This document shows positions 1 through 9,001 of a DNA stretch of 59,172 bases, in pieces. The notes beneath the pieces were generated by a model that saw only the letters and a list, made by a program, of their open reading frames with translations, searched no databases and was not told the origin of the DNA. The first letter of the stretch is position 1, and each line of letters opens with the position of its first letter. The stretch is taken from NCBI GenBank assembly GCA_042577545.1, contig JBHPDT010000003.1:1-59172 (forward strand), read 5' to 3'. A program made the position numbers and the translations under genes. The stretch comes from Candidatus Omnitrophota bacterium. Lineage in GTDB: Bacteria > Omnitrophota > Gorgyraeia > JABMRG01.

Positions 1-271
1 TACTGAGTTCAAAGTTATCCAGTATTCCTACAAGCTCGATAATCAGACCTTCATTAGCGTATTTGATCAACTCCATTCTCTCTTTCATATTTCTCTTTTT
101 GAAGTTATCAAACTCAGCCTGGAGCCTTAAATACTTATCATACGTATCATCTTTAATTAAAAGTTCTTCGCGTAAGACCTTAAGCTCCGCTTCGATAGCG
201 GCGATATCAGGCTTGACCTTAGGTTTCTTATCCTCTTTCTTGCTATCCTTATCGTGTTTTCTCTTAATCAT
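1..271 (-). CDS. grpE: GrpE nucleotide-exchange factor, N-terminal part (gene runs off window start)
   Basis: Absent from the ORF track because no stop lies in the window. Minus-strand ATG at 271-269 reads [19 protein letters not shown]...[46 protein letters not shown], which carries the GrpE AEFDN(F/Y)RKR and LDNFE signatures. It lies directly downstream of hrcA. Track ORF 63-290(+) is its antisense shadow. Confidence 0.85.
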   Translation of the reverse strand, partial: MIKRKHDKDSKKEDKKPKVKPDIAAIEAELKVLREELLIKDDTYDKYLRLQAEFDNFKKRNMKERMELIKYANEGLIIELVGILDNFELS

Positions 272-329
272 CTATAATCCGCCTCTTTAAATTATTATGA
301 ACCCTCGGGGTATTTTTTCAGTTGAAGGG

Positions 330-397
330 CTCATCCTGAAGCCCGAAAGGCTGAAGGATCTAAAGAGATCCTTCGTCGCTACGCTCCTCAGGATGAG
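330..397. repeat. Nested palindrome in the hrcA-grpE intercistronic spacer
   Basis: CTCATCCTGA (330-339) pairs with TCAGGATGAG (388-397). Inside it lies GAAGGATC-TAAAGA-GATCCTTC (353-374). Possibly an mRNA processing/stability or REP-like element. Confidence 0.5.
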
Positions 398-434
398 GAG
401 TCGACTTAAGACAAACTCCCCGACCCCTCAATTA

Positions 435-1481
435 TTAGATTCTTGATCTCTCTGAACTTAATGTCCTGCTTAAGGATGATGCCACATATTCTACCATAGC
501 CACCATCTTGCCATACTCCATTCTTGTAGGACCGATTATCCCAAGAGTTCCACAGGATGTATCTCCTACACAATAGTTGCATGTTATAAGAGAGCAATCG
601 CTCAACTCATCATCCACCTCTGAGCCTATGTAAATATGAACGCCCTCTTCATCCATATCCTTCTTAAGCAATGAGAACAAAAAATCTTTATCCTCTAACC
701 TGTTAAAGAGGCCTTGCAGTTTATCCGCATCATGAAACTCCGGATGCGCCGCAATATGAGCCCTGCCATTGAGATAGACCTTATTCTCTTTTACTATATC
801 AAGCATAACATCGATAATCGCCTTAGCGCGCTCAAGCACATAGAAGAATGAGTCTCTCTCAACTATAAGCCTCTGCATCAGTTCTCGTCTAATGGCTAAT
901 AGTGAGCCCTTATTTATATGGCTATTTATAAAATTCGCTATGCGAAGTAACTCAGCCTGATCTATATCGCCATCAGTATCAATGAGTATATCGTTAGTAA
1001 ATCCTGATTCTGATAAGAGCACCATCAATATTCTATACTCATCTACTTTAATAAGCTGGACCTTCTTAAAGTAGCTTTTCTGAAGAAGCGGAAATAAGAC
1101 TATACCTGTCTGATGAGTAAGTGAAGACAGGAGGTCTGATGTCTTATCAAGTACATTATCGAGTTCATTGATCCTGTTCTTATATTCCTTATTTATTCGC
1201 CTCTTCTCTTCTTCATTCAATAGCTCTGCCTGCATAAGCTTATTGATATAATAACGATAGCCCTTCTGGGTAGGAATACGTCCCGCGGAAGTATGCGGAT
1301 GCATGATCATGCCCATCTCTTCAAGATCAGACATGATATTTCTGATGGTAGCAGAAGATAAATTTAAACGCAGTTTTCTGCTGATAGTGCGCGATGCGAT
1401 AGGCACAGCAGTGCTTATGTAGGAGTTGATGATCAGCCCCAGTATCTTATCTCTTCTTACTGCAAAGTCTCTCGTTACCAT
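435..1481 (-). CDS. hrcA: Heat-inducible transcription repressor HrcA
   Basis: 348 aa. N-terminal winged helix ISRKLRLNLSSATIRNIMSDLEEMGMI..HTSAGRIPTQKGYRYYI is typical of HrcA. A perfect CIRCE lies upstream and grpE downstream. Confidence 0.93.
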   Translation of the reverse strand: MVTRDFAVRRDKILGLIINSYISTAVPIASRTISRKLRLNLSSATIRNIMSDLEEMGMIMHPHTSAGRIPTQKGYRYYINKLMQAELLNEEEKRRINKEYKNRINELDNVLDKTSDLLSSLTHQTGIVLFPLLQKSYFKKVQLIKVDEYRILMVLLSESGFTNDILIDTDGDIDQAELLRIANFINSHINKGSLLAIRRELMQRLIVERDSFFYVLERAKAIIDVMLDIVKENKVYLNGRAHIAAHPEFHDADKLQGLFNRLEDKDFLFSLLKKDMDEEGVHIYIGSEVDDELSDCSLITCNYCVGDTSCGTLGIIGPTRMEYGKMVAMVEYVASSLSRTLSSERSRI

Positions 1482-1513
1482 TAGATCACCTTCGTTAAAA
1501 AACTAGAATTGGA

Positions 1514-1540
1514 TTAGCACTCTATGATTAAGAGTGCTAA
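1514..1540. promoter_or_regulatory. CIRCE operator (HrcA binding site)
   Basis: TTAGCACTC-tatgattaa-GAGTGCTAA is an exact match to the CIRCE consensus TTAGCACTC-N9-GAGTGCTAA. It sits 33 nt upstream of the hrcA start. Confidence 0.92.
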
Positions 1541-1551
1541 TTGAGATGTAG

Positions 1552-1579
1552 ATTCTACCATATTGGGGAATTTTGTCAA
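1552..1579 (-). promoter_or_regulatory. Sigma-70-type promoter of hrcA operon
   Basis: Minus strand reads TTGACA (1579-1574), a 16-nt spacer, then TAGAAT (1557-1552), immediately upstream of CIRCE. Confidence 0.6.
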
Positions 1580-1623
1580 GGAATTTTTTTCAGAAAAAAC
1601 TGACGTGTAAAAAAAACCGTTTG

Positions 1624-1667
1624 GGGACGTTGTTCAAGCACAGGTTGTCGTGCTCAAACAACGTCCC
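1624..1667. repeat. REP-like palindrome E1 (also a likely terminator of the giant ORF)
   Basis: GGGACGTTGTTCAAGCAC-aggttgtc-GTGCTCAAACAACGTCCC pairs at 16 of 18 stem positions. On the minus strand it is followed 6 nt later by T8 (A8 at 1609-1616 on plus). It is the same element as E3 (56487-56530) in inverted orientation. Confidence 0.7.
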
Positions 1668-1722
1668 TGAAGCACTTATGTATGTCATCCCCGAATGCAT
1701 TAATCGGGGATCCACAAACTAA

Positions 1723-4700
1723 CTACGCGGCGCTGTCTATGGCAGCTAGTTTGGCTCTGGATGGCTGATCACTAGGTCTACAAGACATCGCAAATACCCT
1801 TATCATAGCCAAATCAAAAGGCTCTCCATTATACGTACCTAGTCTACCAGCAGAAGAAGCTTTGTGTTTTAAATAAAATTTCTCATGCCTTGTGGCTTGA
1901 ATAGGTAATGAAAAGGTTGTTACAGCAAAGTTTCTACCTCTTCCACCAATCAGCTCTCTCAGTGCTTTATCAGAAGCAAGTTCTTCAATAGCATCGGCAA
2001 ATCCACTCTCATCATTTAACCTAACTAGATAACCCGTATAGCCACCTATCATAGCTTGTGAGACACCATCTACATCGTATACTACAACCGGCTTGCCCAT
2101 AGACTGCGCCTCTATAATTACTCTGGGTAAACCTTCACCTGTAGTAGGTAATGCGATTAAGTCAGCCTCCTGATATAACCTCTTTAATTCCTCTGATGAA
2201 ACCTCACCCTTAAATTCAACTAAATCCCTAAGCCCAAGCTCATTAATCAGCTCGTGAAGTTCTTTATCATATCCTGGCAGTATATGATCCTTACCAGCAA
2301 ATATATACTTTGCTTTTACGCTACGCTTTCTTAAGTCATCTATAATGCGCACCATCCCGATCTGATTTTTTCTTTCGCATATAGAAGCTGGTACTAGAAC
2401 TGTGGGCAACTCATTAGCTCCTTTTTCTTCTATATCAAGATCGGGTTGAAAGAACTCAGTATCAACACCATTAAACAATACATCAAATCGCTTACGTAAA
2501 ATTCCGGGGATATCTACTCCGGTAACACCGCCTATGCCATCAGCTAGTCCAATAAGTTCAGGATAATGCTCCTCTCTTAGCATGTCATTACCTTCATGAT
2601 GCTGCATTAAGACCTTCAGGCCCTTGCGCTTCGCAGCCCTTGCTAATGGCTCACAATGCGGATGAAATAATGAGTGTATCATAACAAGGTCTATATGATG
2701 CTGCGCGAACAATTCATTAGCTTTATCTAAAACACGTACTCGCTCATCATCAACACCAGATGGGTCATCACCATAAATATTGGTAGTATGTATAGGGACC
2801 CTCACCAACTTTCCTTTCCCGATATCTTCATAGCTTATCAAGGCCTGCTCATCTGTAGTCATATACATCTGAATTATAGTCATATTATTTCGCTCAAGCA
2901 ATGTTCTGTTCAAAAATTGCAAGTGACGCTGAATGCCACCGCCTCCATCATATCCATGTGAAAATCTGAGTATTGTCATGCCATTGAGTCTGTCTGTAGC
3001 TTCCAGCTCTTCCTGTGTAACCTGCATAGGTGGTTTAGCTGTACCTGCGGATGAGGCCTTACCCTGACCACCTGCATCTACTGACTCATCCAACTCAACC
3101 ATAAACAACCAACCCCTGCCGTACGGGTCTTCATTCACATCCGTTGCGTCGGCTGTTACAAATTTATTGACACTAACAACCTTTCCAGCAACAGGAGAAA
3201 AAACTTCAAAAGTAGCCTTATCAGTTTGTAAACTACCGCATACTTCTTCACTAGATACAACAGCGCCAATCGCGGGTAATACAACCTTTGATACACCACT
3301 GAGCAGTTTAATTGTCTCAGCTGTCAAACCTACAACAGCAAATTTTCCATCTTGGACAATTCTAGACCACTCACCTGATTCTATGGCTTCAGATTCATCA
3401 GGATCAGCGCTCCAGCCTTTAAAAGGATCTTCATAATCATACAGAGTCTCTATAACAGCGGTCTCTCTTTCCTGGCTAAGTTCTGCCTCTCCAATATCTA
3501 AAATAGCCGCGATATCTGATGCCTTTAGCGCAACATCTGTCTGTTGCGCTGCATGAACATCAACTCTTGCAACCGGAGTGATATGGGGGGCGCTCTTAAC
3601 AAGATCCGTATTCCCATATGCTTCTTTCTTTATCGCTATCATAGCACCAGCTATCCTATCAAGATCTGCAAGACTCATAGACTGTGTTGGTTCAAACATA
3701 AGGGCCTCGTGTACTATCTGCGGAAAATATGTAGTAGGTGGATGTATGCCATAATCCTGAAGCCTCTTTGCAAAGTCATTCGCAGTTACACTTGTATCTT
3801 TCGTTATATTTTCAACTGATATTACAAACTCATGCATCCTCAACTCACCTTCGGCATAAGGTATATCAAAATGATCTTTTAACCTTGCCATAAGGTAATT
3901 TGCATTTAAGACCGCATCGCCGCTTGCCTGCCTTAAGCCTTTCACACCAAGCGTTCTTATATACGCATAGGCTCTTACTGAAACAGGTATATTTCCAAGA
4001 AATGTACCTATCTTAATCGCATCCTTTACATCATAATCAAGGCGATACCCCTGGGCTTTCTTCACTATCCTAGGCCTAGGTAAAAACTTGGCAAGCTTAG
4101 ATTTTACACATATAGGCCCAGAACCAGGCCCTCCTCCACCATGCGGGGCACTGAATGTCTTATGAAGATTTATATGTAGAACATCAACCCCAAGATCACC
4201 TGGCCTTATCCTACCTATTATAGAATTAAGATTCGCTCCATCCATGTAAACAAGTCCGCCTGCTTCCTGGACTAACCGCGCTGCTTCTTTGAGGTCATCA
4301 AAGAGACCAACTGTGTTTGGAGCTGTTAGCATTATAGCGGCAACCTTTCCCCTATTCTCTTCTTTTGCTAAAACTTCCTTAAGAGAATCTAAATTAAGTC
4401 GGCCTGTCTCCTCATCTGTCTTAACCTCTTCAACCTTACCATCAGTCATAGCAGAAGTCGCGGGATTTGTTCCATGCGCAGCGTCCGTAGTTATAATTAC
4501 TTTCCGATCATGATCACCATTATTCTCATGATATCTCATAATAGTAGTTAAGCCGGTGAACTCACCATGGGCTCCTGCGGATGGGTGTAAAGATGTATCA
4601 TCCATGCCTGTCAAATCTTTTAAATATATGCCTAGCTCATAAAGCATTTGGAGTGTGCCTTGTGACAAGTCCTCAGGGCCATAGGGATGTGATTTCGCGA

Positions 4701-7700
4701 AACCATCAAACCCAACTATCCTCTCGTGAACAATGGGGTTCCACATCATGGTACATGAACCAAGAGGATAAGGATTATCTACCGGGTTATAATTCTGATC
4801 TGCCAACCTGCGTAATACCTTTCTTAAGACCGGATCAGATATAACAGGAATATCAAATTCAGTATCCCTCTTCAACTCATCGGGGATTACAAAAGAATTC
4901 TTCTCTTTGGTCTGATCGGATATTTCTGTATTCCCTTCAGCAATCTCAGTAAGAGCCTCCAAGAGCGCCCTTAACTCCTTTGTTGTGTTTGTTCGCGTAA
5001 ATGAGAATTGAATAAGATTCTCTCCCAAATGAGAAAAATATTTGGATACATCAAACCCAGCATTTATACCTTTTTTTTGTAAGCGTCTCTGAAGTTCATC
5101 AATAGGAATAGGGGATTTAACCACAACCTCTCTTACAATCGGGCCTGAGCTAAATACACTAAAACCTTTGAGTTTATCAACAAACTCCGCGAATGTGCTA
5201 GCAAATTGATGAGACCATATCGAGATCATATCTATTTCACTTTTGCCCTGACCCGCTATATTAACTGCCGCAGCCATGGCATTCAATGCAGCATTCGTAC
5301 ATATATTACAAGGAGCATCTTCTCGAGCAACATGCTGCTCCCTATGAGTTAATGCCAAGACAAGAGCAGTCTCACCCTTATCATCCGTAGTCTGGCCAAC
5401 TAGTCTGCCAGGCATAAAATTTATAAGTTTTCTTTTGCACGCCATAATACCTAAGTTATTTCCGCCATAATATGGCTTTCCAACAAATGCCTGGCCTTCC
5501 GCAGTAACAATATCAGCGCCGTAACTTCCAGGGGATTTTATCTGTGAAAATACAACCGGATCATTTGAGTGGATATGTAAAAGCGCCTTATTTGCTTTGA
5601 CAATTTCAGCTATTCCTGGAATCTCAGTCTCAAGCTCACCTAGAAAGTTCGGTTGCTGCATTACAATAGAGGCTACGCTCTCATCCATCTCTTTCCTCAG
5701 CGCCTTTACATCTATCCTGCCTGTCTCTTTATCCGCATTAATATATATAACCTCTATTCCACTATTCTTAACATGCGTATCAAGTGTCATCCTATGAAAT
5801 GGATTTATTGCTCCAGCAACTATGACCTTCTTCCTTCCCATAGCGCTACATGCCATTCTAACACCTTCAACAAAGGCATTAGCCCCATCATAGAGCGAGG
5901 CATTGACCACCTCCATATCAAGGAGCTTTGCCATTATAGACTGGTAAAGGTATATCAACCTTAAATTACCCTGACTCACCTCAGGCTGATATGGCGTATA
6001 AGAGGTAAAAAACTCTGGCATTCCTATTAAATAAGCGACGAGATCTGAGATAGGCTCATCATAAGTTCCTGCCCCAAGAAAAGAAGCCATATCTGTATCA
6101 TTCTCAAGACTTAATCCCGACATCAACCTAAAGATCTCTCTTCTGGCAGTTTCAGGATCAAGCTCTTCTGGCAAATCCCAATCTCCAGCATAAAAGTCTT
6201 CCTGTAGATCACCGTAAAGACCATCAACTGTATCAACGCCATATGCTTTTTTGATTACAGCGAGTTTCTTTGCTCTATCCTCATCTCCTCCTGGTATATA
6301 AAAAGGTGCTCTCTCTCTATAATCTATGCCCCTATCAGAGACTATATTATTTATAAATGGAGTTTTGACTACCTTAGCCGGTGTTTTGCTACCAGCTATC
6401 TCTATCCTTATCTCTGTACCTATATCTGCAACAGCCTTATCAACATAAACAAGGCCAATGCCAGCTTTTAAATTAGGTGAGAAGACCCCGCTCGTTACAT
6501 AACCTATTTCTTTACCTTGAAGATCAAATACCTTATCTCCATTATAAGGTTGGCTCCTATCATCTAAGATGCGCACACCAACCAATTTTTTATTAGAACG
6601 CCTCTTCTTTGCAATAGCCCTTCTCTTGCCTATGTAATTTCCTCGCACCCGATGACTAGTGTTTAAGGCCCACCCATACTTATATTCATAAGGCATAGGC
6701 GCCTCATCAGCCTGATCCCACTCATGCCCATATAAAGGCAAACCTGCCTCAAGCCTTAAAGAATCACGAGCCTGAAGCCCAGCAGGCTTTGCGCCAAGTG
6801 CTATGACAGCCCTCCAAAAATCTATGGCATCATCTGGGTGAAGATGTATCTCGAATCCATCCTCACCAGTGTAGCCGGTTCTCTGTATTAAGAAATACTT
6901 TGTGAATGGTATCTTACCGCCCATTTTTTTCATTGTAATATCAATATGATCTACTTTAAAATATCCCAGGCTTCTTATATCTTCTTTATCTTTATCAGCG
7001 CTAGCCATAGATTCTAATATGCGTTGCGCCATCGGGCCTTGTAAAGCTAATATAATACGACTAAAATTGGGGTTCGCGGCGTTTCGAAGATCCCTCATCA
7101 CAACATTAAATTCAGTCGGTCTACCTCTAACCTCTTTTATCTTGCTGGTAATCCACTCCCGCGCCTTATCTGTATTCCCAGCATTGACTATTAATCGAAA
7201 GTGGTCAGACTCTAGTTTAATAACTTGTATGTCATCTATGATATTACCTTTATCGTCCAGCAAAAATCTGTACTGAACATCTTTATCTTTAAACTTCCTT
7301 ATTCTTCCATCTCTATTCACATTTGGTGAGGAGATCCAGTCAATAAACATTGCGGTGTCATCTCCTACAAGATCGATCAACCCCATATGGCTCTCATCAA
7401 ATATAGATACGCCCCGTCTTGTATTGAGATTCTCCTGAGCGGCGTCTCCATAATGGAGCGGCATATTCCAACCGCCAAACCCAGCCATTGTAGCGCCATG
7501 AACGCCTATATGCTCATCGTAAAGCACTGTCTTCTTAAGATCATCGTCCGGCTCAGATACAATATCATCAACATGATGTGTGATCAATGCAACAATAGAA
7601 TCATGAACACCCGCATCATTCGGATACTTTGCCAATATCTGGTTGGTAATCTCCATGCCTAAATCAGAATCTAACTGCAATATAGCATATGCGATAGCCA

Positions 7701-8802
7701 CTAAATCCTCTAAAGACGGAGAATCTAATGTCAATAGTTCTCTCGCTTTCTCCGCTAGAGGTTGAGCTGCTTTAGGATTCCCTATCTCGCCTAGAATTTT
7801 TGCAGTACTTTTTATTGCTGCTACATATTTAGGGTCATTAAACGCAGCGATCATAGCATCAACAGATTCCCCGCCAACCGGCATTTCAGCAGACTTACCC
7901 GAAAACCATTCATGCATCAGAGTCTCTGCCTCATCAGCCATTGTAGCAAGAGTCCTTGCGCCAAGACGGTTGAGTTGTTCTGCAATCCGTGCTCTGGTAA
8001 CGTCGGTTAAGCTGCCAGCAGATGAAGCTTTGCCTGCTATCATATTAGATGCTGCTTCCTTAAACGCCTGAACCTGCCTAGGATTAATAAATATATCAAA
8101 CCCTCTCATATCACCCCTGTGCGTTCGATGTACTAAGCAGCCAACGGTCTCATGACCAATCTTAAAACTCACATAATCAACTCGACCTGGCTTGAGATTC
8201 TTTATTCTTGCCTTATCCTGTTCAATAGATAATCGTTGAAGCAAATCTGCTGCCTCAGAATATCCATCTATAGCTAAGACCATAAGTTGCTTGCTCGGAT
8301 TAAGCGTACTACTTAAATTAGCTAGTGAAAATGTAAACTTTCTGATAATTTGTTGATCAACAACTTCCTTAAACTTGCCTCTCAAATATTCAATTACACC
8401 ATCCGCGTCCCCATTATCTACCACTAATCGAAAACTCTCTGGCCCAATTTTTACAATTTGTAAGTCCGTAGATATTCCATCGCCATATTCTAAAGTCCTA
8501 TAATCGACGTCCCCACTCTTTAATCTGTAAAAAAAACCATCCCTAGGATCACCTATAAATATGTAATCAAAAAGTGGCATAAGATATCTGCCTTGCACGT
8601 CAACTATGCCAACTTGAGTTCTATTAGCAAGGGTTAAACTCTTCCCACCTACCCGGAAAAGTTCCAACTCGCCTGCTCGCGCCGCAGCCATGGGCCTTAA
8701 TGAATCATCTTCTCTTGAAATTTTATCTGGAATAGAAAAAGATACTGTGGATTGAATAAGGAATGTAATTGTAATAATACTAGTTAGTACTCGTTTAAAC
8801 AT
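1723..8802 (-). CDS. Giant fusion protein: signal/anchor, GcvT-like module, HEAT-like repeats, GcvT, GcvPA, GcvPB, GcvH, GT-B glycosyltransferase
   Basis: Uninterrupted 2,359-codon ORF. Motifs seen:
- GcvT: VSIFDESHMG, GYTGEDGFEI, ARDSLRLEAGLPLYGHE
- GcvPA: SFLGAGTYDEP, YTPYQPEVSQG
- GcvPB: PLGSCTMMWNP, INLHKTFSAPHGGGGPGSGP (PLP lysine)
- GcvH: TDKATFEVFSPVAGKVVSVN, EDPYGRGWL (lipoyl lysine)
- GT1/GT4: TGEGLPRVIIEAQSMGKPVV
- Hydrophobic N-terminus: MFKRVLTSIITITFLIQSTVSFS. Confidence 0.85.
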   Translation of the reverse strand: MFKRVLTSIITITFLIQSTVSFSIPDKISREDDSLRPMAAARAGELELFRVGGKSLTLANRTQVGIVDVQGRYLMPLFDYIFIGDPRDGFFYRLKSGDVDYRTLEYGDGISTDLQIVKIGPESFRLVVDNGDADGVIEYLRGKFKEVVDQQIIRKFTFSLANLSSTLNPSKQLMVLAIDGYSEAADLLQRLSIEQDKARIKNLKPGRVDYVSFKIGHETVGCLVHRTHRGDMRGFDIFINPRQVQAFKEAASNMIAGKASSAGSLTDVTRARIAEQLNRLGARTLATMADEAETLMHEWFSGKSAEMPVGGESVDAMIAAFNDPKYVAAIKSTAKILGEIGNPKAAQPLAEKARELLTLDSPSLEDLVAIAYAILQLDSDLGMEITNQILAKYPNDAGVHDSIVALITHHVDDIVSEPDDDLKKTVLYDEHIGVHGATMAGFGGWNMPLHYGDAAQENLNTRRGVSIFDESHMGLIDLVGDDTAMFIDWISSPNVNRDGRIRKFKDKDVQYRFLLDDKGNIIDDIQVIKLESDHFRLIVNAGNTDKAREWITSKIKEVRGRPTEFNVVMRDLRNAANPNFSRIILALQGPMAQRILESMASADKDKEDIRSLGYFKVDHIDITMKKMGGKIPFTKYFLIQRTGYTGEDGFEIHLHPDDAIDFWRAVIALGAKPAGLQARDSLRLEAGLPLYGHEWDQADEAPMPYEYKYGWALNTSHRVRGNYIGKRRAIAKKRRSNKKLVGVRILDDRSQPYNGDKVFDLQGKEIGYVTSGVFSPNLKAGIGLVYVDKAVADIGTEIRIEIAGSKTPAKVVKTPFINNIVSDRGIDYRERAPFYIPGGDEDRAKKLAVIKKAYGVDTVDGLYGDLQEDFYAGDWDLPEELDPETARREIFRLMSGLSLENDTDMASFLGAGTYDEPISDLVAYLIGMPEFFTSYTPYQPEVSQGNLRLIYLYQSIMAKLLDMEVVNASLYDGANAFVEGVRMACSAMGRKKVIVAGAINPFHRMTLDTHVKNSGIEVIYINADKETGRIDVKALRKEMDESVASIVMQQPNFLGELETEIPGIAEIVKANKALLHIHSNDPVVFSQIKSPGSYGADIVTAEGQAFVGKPYYGGNNLGIMACKRKLINFMPGRLVGQTTDDKGETALVLALTHREQHVAREDAPCNICTNAALNAMAAAVNIAGQGKSEIDMISIWSHQFASTFAEFVDKLKGFSVFSSGPIVREVVVKSPIPIDELQRRLQKKGINAGFDVSKYFSHLGENLIQFSFTRTNTTKELRALLEALTEIAEGNTEISDQTKEKNSFVIPDELKRDTEFDIPVISDPVLRKVLRRLADQNYNPVDNPYPLGSCTMMWNPIVHERIVGFDGFAKSHPYGPEDLSQGTLQMLYELGIYLKDLTGMDDTSLHPSAGAHGEFTGLTTIMRYHENNGDHDRKVIITTDAAHGTNPATSAMTDGKVEEVKTDEETGRLNLDSLKEVLAKEENRGKVAAIMLTAPNTVGLFDDLKEAARLVQEAGGLVYMDGANLNSIIGRIRPGDLGVDVLHINLHKTFSAPHGGGGPGSGPICVKSKLAKFLPRPRIVKKAQGYRLDYDVKDAIKIGTFLGNIPVSVRAYAYIRTLGVKGLRQASGDAVLNANYLMARLKDHFDIPYAEGELRMHEFVISVENITKDTSVTANDFAKRLQDYGIHPPTTYFPQIVHEALMFEPTQSMSLADLDRIAGAMIAIKKEAYGNTDLVKSAPHITPVARVDVHAAQQTDVALKASDIAAILDIGEAELSQERETAVIETLYDYEDPFKGWSADPDESEAIESGEWSRIVQDGKFAVVGLTAETIKLLSGVSKVVLPAIGAVVSSEEVCGSLQTDKATFEVFSPVAGKVVSVNKFVTADATDVNEDPYGRGWLFMVELDESVDAGGQGKASSAGTAKPPMQVTQEELEATDRLNGMTILRFSHGYDGGGGIQRHLQFLNRTLLERNNMTIIQMYMTTDEQALISYEDIGKGKLVRVPIHTTNIYGDDPSGVDDERVRVLDKANELFAQHHIDLVMIHSLFHPHCEPLARAAKRKGLKVLMQHHEGNDMLREEHYPELIGLADGIGGVTGVDIPGILRKRFDVLFNGVDTEFFQPDLDIEEKGANELPTVLVPASICERKNQIGMVRIIDDLRKRSVKAKYIFAGKDHILPGYDKELHELINELGLRDLVEFKGEVSSEELKRLYQEADLIALPTTGEGLPRVIIEAQSMGKPVVVYDVDGVSQAMIGGYTGYLVRLNDESGFADAIEELASDKALRELIGGRGRNFAVTTFSLPIQATRHEKFYLKHKASSAGRLGTYNGEPFDLAMIRVFAMSCRPSDQPSRAKLAAIDSAA
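1873..2985 (-). other. GT-B fold glycosyltransferase (family 1/4-like) module (aa ~1940-2310)
   Basis: ILRFSHGYDGGGGIQRH, FAGKD...LVEFKGEVSSEELKRLYQEADLIALPTTGEGLPRVIIEAQSMGKPVVVYDVDG. Confidence 0.75.
3088..3450 (-). other. GcvH lipoyl-carrier module (aa ~1785-1905)
   Basis: VGLTAETIKLLSGV, SLQTDKATFEVFSPVAGKVVSVN, VNEDPYGRGWLFMVEL. The lysine sits at the canonical lipoylation position. Confidence 0.8.
3568..4845 (-). other. Glycine dehydrogenase subunit 2 (GcvPB) module (aa ~1320-1745)
   Basis: YPLGSCTMMWNP, HPSAGAHGEFTGL, HINLHKTFSAPHGGGGPGSGPICVK. Confidence 0.85.
4933..6300 (-). other. Glycine dehydrogenase subunit 1 (GcvPA) module (aa ~835-1290)
   Basis: SFLGAGTYDEPISDLV, FFTSYTPYQPEVSQGNLRLIYLYQSIMAKLLDMEVVNASLYDGANA. 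Confidence 0.85.
6328..7530 (-). other. GcvT aminomethyltransferase module (aa ~425-825)
   Basis: LYDEHIGVHGATMAGFGGWNMPLHYG, FDESHMG, GYTGEDGFEIHL, RLEAGLPLYGHE. Confidence 0.85.
8053..8625 (-). other. Degenerate GcvT-like module (aa ~60-250 of giant ORF)
   Basis: DLQIVKIGPESFRLVVDNGDADGVIEYLRGKFKEV (aa 113-146) parallels DIQVIKLESDHFRLIVNAGNTDKAREWITSKIKEV (aa 524-558) of the bona fide GcvT module, indicating internal duplication. Confidence 0.55.
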
Positions 8803-8885
8803 AAAAATACCCCTTCATATGAACCAATGATTTTGTTGAATTTTTAAAGCGGTAAAAATTATATATTCTTTAAAAATGTTTATCA

Positions 8886-8914
8886 ATTATACTATAAAAC
8901 TTTTAACCTGTCAA
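8886..8914 (-). promoter_or_regulatory. Consensus sigma-70 promoter of the giant ORF
   Basis: Minus strand reads TTGACA (8914-8909), a 17-nt spacer, then TATAAT (8891-8886). Both hexamers match consensus perfectly, about 85 nt upstream of the start at 8802. Confidence 0.65.
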
Positions 8915-8918
8915 TCCC

Positions 8919-8942
8919 TATTTCGGGGACTATTTCGGGGAC
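8919..8942. repeat. Tandem 12-bp direct repeat just upstream of the -35
   Basis: TATTTCGGGGAC occurs twice (8919-8930 and 8931-8942), abutting the -35 hexamer. Possible activator/UP site. Confidence 0.5.
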
Positions 8943-9001
8943 GGTCCTAAAGGTAGCAGGTCTGAGCACAAAAAACTCCGTTATTTCAAGAAAACCCTTT
9001 A

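Noticed and set aside
406-597. Short minus-strand ORFs nested in alternative frames of real genes (406-597, 13193-13429, 29972-30163, 53141-53335, 55142-55360)
   Set aside because: They overlap well-supported longer CDSs (hrcA, GH65, a membrane protein, the TPR/PMT protein, radical SAM) out of frame and have no motifs, so they are likely spurious.
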